Shown: piece by piece, positions 34,276-36,009 of the stretch
How positions within the stretch are numbered: position 1 is the stretch's first letter
Layout of the letters: each line of letters begins with the position of its first letter
Origin: an uncultured Ruminococcus sp.
GTDB lineage: Bacteria > Bacillota > Clostridia > Oscillospirales > CAG-382
Direction: 5' to 3'
Assembly (NCBI GenBank): GCA_964630005.1
Contig: CAZVSW010000002.1
Coordinates: forward strand, 1-36,009
Length of the DNA: 36,009 nt
Translations under genes and position numbers: made by a program
The notes under the pieces: model-generated
What the model was told of the DNA's origin: nothing
Seen by the model: only the letters and a program-made list of their open reading frames with translations
Database searches by the model: none

Positions 34276-35808
34276 TTACTTGAAGAGTATCTTTGTTATT
34301 GAACTGGCTACCAAAGTGTGCGTGAAAAGCCAATGCGTATTGCTGTTTTTGGTGACAAATAGAGCTTCACAGTCAATATAACCGGCAAATTCGATGTTAT
34401 CGGGAAGCTCAAGAACTTTGATTTTATGAAATGGAAGTGCGTTTCCTCCCAAATAAGTAAGTGTGCTAGGCAGCTTTATTGCGGTAATTGCTGTCCCCTG
34501 AAAAGCAGAGACTTCAATTTTTTTAAGTCCTTCTGGCAACAAAACTGCTTTTAAAGAGTCACAATTATAGAATGTACAGGCAGGAATGATTTTAATTCCT
34601 TCGGGAATATAAATCGCTTCAAGCGATGTACACATACAAAAACTATTTCCCCCATATCCTTCTCCGCCGAACGTTTCAAGCGTTTTCGGGAGGCGTACCG
34701 ATTTCAGCGCGGTACAGCCCTTAAATGCTCCGTAGCCGATTGCCGTGATTCCGTCTTCTATATAAACGTCGGTTATTTCCGTGTTTCCGTGAAGGTTATC
34801 GGATTCGTCGATGGTGTCGCCGACGTCTTCATAGCGAATAATGATCTTCGTAGCGCCTTTAGTGCCAAACGGCGAATAGGTGCTCAGGTCGTATTCGGGT
34901 TCTTTGGGAATCTGCACGTTTGGCAGGGTATAAAGCGATTCGTCGGTCGACACTTCGGGGTCGAACGGTTCGACATACGGACCGCCGTCTTTGAAGATGA
35001 TCTGTGTTTCTTCCGGATATGTACGCGTGTAACGCTGCAGGAAGTTGTGCGTCGGGCTGTTTTCTCTGACGAACAACACTTTTGAACTGACATAATATAT
35101 GCTTGTCAGGTTATCGGGAAGCTCCAGCGCCTTTATGTTTTCAAACGGAAGCGACTCTCTGCCCAAAAACTTAAGTGTGTCCGGCAGCTTTATTTCTGTA
35201 ATGGCCGTGTCGCGGAAGGCTTCATAACTGATCGTTTCCAGCCCTTCCGGCAGAGAGACATTTCTTAAAAAGAAACAGCCGTCAAATGTTCCGGCGGGGA
35301 TTTGTGTTACGCCCTCAGGTATATATACTTCTTTCAGCGTCGTGCAGCCGGCAAAACAGTGCGAGCCCCCTTTATCGTCGGTTTCAAATGTCTGAAGCGT
35401 TTTCGGCAGGCGGACGGTTTTAAGCGAGGTACAGTCTCTGAACGCGTTTGCGGCTATAGCTGTAATACCGTCTTCGATATAAACGTCGGTGATCTCCTTG
35501 CTTCCTCGGTATGTTTCGTCTACTTTGCTATAAACGTCGTCATATCTGATAATGATCTTGACCGCACCCTCAGTGCCGAACGGTGAGTATTCGTCAAGAT
35601 TATACTCCGGCTCTTCGGGAATCTGCACATCGGGCGGAGTATATATGATCGCCTTCGAGGTCTCTTCCGATTCATCGGAGGTTTCCGAAACCTCGCTTTG
35701 TTCTTCATAAGACAAAGGGGCTTCGCTTTCTTCGTTAAACATATCGCCGCATGACGAAAGAAGAAGCGCAAGCGACAACAAAATAATTATATACCGTAAT
35801 TTCCTCAT
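34276..35808 (-). CDS. BspA-type leucine-rich-repeat (LRR_5) lipoprotein with an internal tandem duplication
   Basis: 510 aa. The signal and lipobox are MRKLRYIIILLSLALLLSSC, followed by an acidic linker. Repeated blocks include ..ITDVYIEDGITAI..AF..C..LK.V.LP.TL... and ..AF..TAIT.IKLP.TL..L. Confidence 0.85.
   Translation of the reverse strand: MRKLRYIIILLSLALLLSSCGDMFNEESEAPLSYEEQSEVSETSDESEETSKAIIYTPPDVQIPEEPEYNLDEYSPFGTEGAVKIIIRYDDVYSKVDETYRGSKEITDVYIEDGITAIAANAFRDCTSLKTVRLPKTLQTFETDDKGGSHCFAGCTTLKEVYIPEGVTQIPAGTFDGCFFLRNVSLPEGLETISYEAFRDTAITEIKLPDTLKFLGRESLPFENIKALELPDNLTSIYYVSSKVLFVRENSPTHNFLQRYTRTYPEETQIIFKDGGPYVEPFDPEVSTDESLYTLPNVQIPKEPEYDLSTYSPFGTKGATKIIIRYEDVGDTIDESDNLHGNTEITDVYIEDGITAIGYGAFKGCTALKSVRLPKTLETFGGEGYGGNSFCMCTSLEAIYIPEGIKIIPACTFYNCDSLKAVLLPEGLKKIEVSAFQGTAITAIKLPSTLTYLGGNALPFHKIKVLELPDNIEFAGYIDCEALFVTKNSNTHWLFTHTLVASSITKILFK
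34279..35643 (-). repeat. Two ~220-aa tandem copies (711-nt period) inside the LRR gene
   Basis: Copy 1 starts at aa 56 (YTPPDVQIPEEPEYNLDEYSPFGTEGAVKIIIRYDD...EITDVYIEDGITAIAANAFRDCTSLKTVRLPKTLQTFE). Copy 2 starts at aa 293 (YTLPNVQIPKEPEYDLSTYSPFGTKGATKIIIRYED...EITDVYIEDGITAIGYGAFKGCTALKSVRLPKTLETFG). Confidence 0.85.
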
Positions 35809-35852
35809 AACAAACCCCGATAATAGCCTGAATTCCTCTTTGGTACATTACC

Positions 35853-35881
35853 ATAATATCATATGCGCCGCATATTGTCAA
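35853..35881 (-). promoter_or_regulatory. Promoter of the LRR lipoprotein gene (TTGACA-17-TATTAT)
   Basis: Minus-strand TTGACA at 35881..35876, a 17-nt spacer, then TATTAT at 35858..35853. Confidence 0.65.
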
Positions 35882-35894
35882 GCGGTATTCAGAT

Positions 35895-35933
35895 GAAAAA
35901 ACTCACCAAACGGACGAAGATCCGTTTGGTGAG
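35895..35933 (-). terminator. Rho-independent terminator of a minus-strand gene lying beyond the window end
   Basis: 13-bp stem CTCACCAAACGGA / TCCGTTTGGTGAG (35902..35933), followed on the minus strand by TTTTTT. Confidence 0.8.
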
Positions 35934-35947
35934 TCGGACAGAAGAGA

Positions 35948-36005
35948 ATCTCTTAAAGAAAGAGGGGTTCGGGGAGAAAATCAGCCGAAGGCTGTTGTCT
36001 CCCTG
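35948..36005 (-). repeat. Intergenic repeat family 1, copy B (inverted orientation)
   Basis: The reverse complement reads ...cagccttcggctgATTTTCTCCCCGAACCCCTCTTTCTTTAAGAG, which matches 2720..2751 at 28/32 positions. It also includes a small CAGCC/GGCTG hairpin. Confidence 0.65.
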
Positions 36006-36009
36006 AATA

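Overview
The window looks like a chromosomal segment of a Gram-positive anaerobe, probably Firmicutes/Clostridia. This is inferred from GGAGG-type ribosome binding sites (RBS), several near-consensus TTGACA-17-TATAAT promoters, class 1B PyrK/PyrD and a SipL-like sporulation protein. Gene order: 5' part of glgB (-); a WG-repeat membrane protein (-); rpsO-pnp (+); a GHL10 (YngK-like) lipoprotein (+); a SipL-like SPOCS/LysM protein (+); an AT-rich islet with an APH/CotS-like kinase and an XRE-TPR regulator (+); a large membrane-anchored GHL10 protein (-); a second AT-rich islet with a MerR regulator plus a zinc-ribbon membrane protein (-); a blaI / sensor-less blaR1-like pair (-); an operon of NTase-like/TM/MORN protein, SLOG (DUF2493-like) protein and bioY (+); an Opp/Dpp-type ABC transporter with enlarged components plus a small membrane protein (+); a pyrC-pyrK-pyrD-pyrF-pyrE-pyrB operon (+); and a BspA-type LRR lipoprotein (-). 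I saw no rRNA, tRNA, CRISPR array, transposase, integrase or recognisable defence gene. Most long antisense ORFs in the track are shadows of real genes, and several track ORFs have spurious N-terminal extensions that I trimmed using RBS and signal-peptide evidence. The most unusual observations are: (1) PyrB carries a C-terminal PyrI-type zinc domain, with no pyrI gene in the operon; (2) both ABC ATPases carry large helical insertions at different sites; (3) a single promoter drives a degenerate nucleotidyltransferase-like/MORN protein, a SLOG protein and BioY; (4) the MerR promoter has a perfect dyad filling a 19-bp spacer; (5) two small intergenic repeat families sit next to terminators. I cannot show that any of these is a new system. 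The NTase-like/MORN + SLOG pair and the fused PyrB are the best candidates. All domain calls come from motif recognition by eye and need HMM or structure confirmation.
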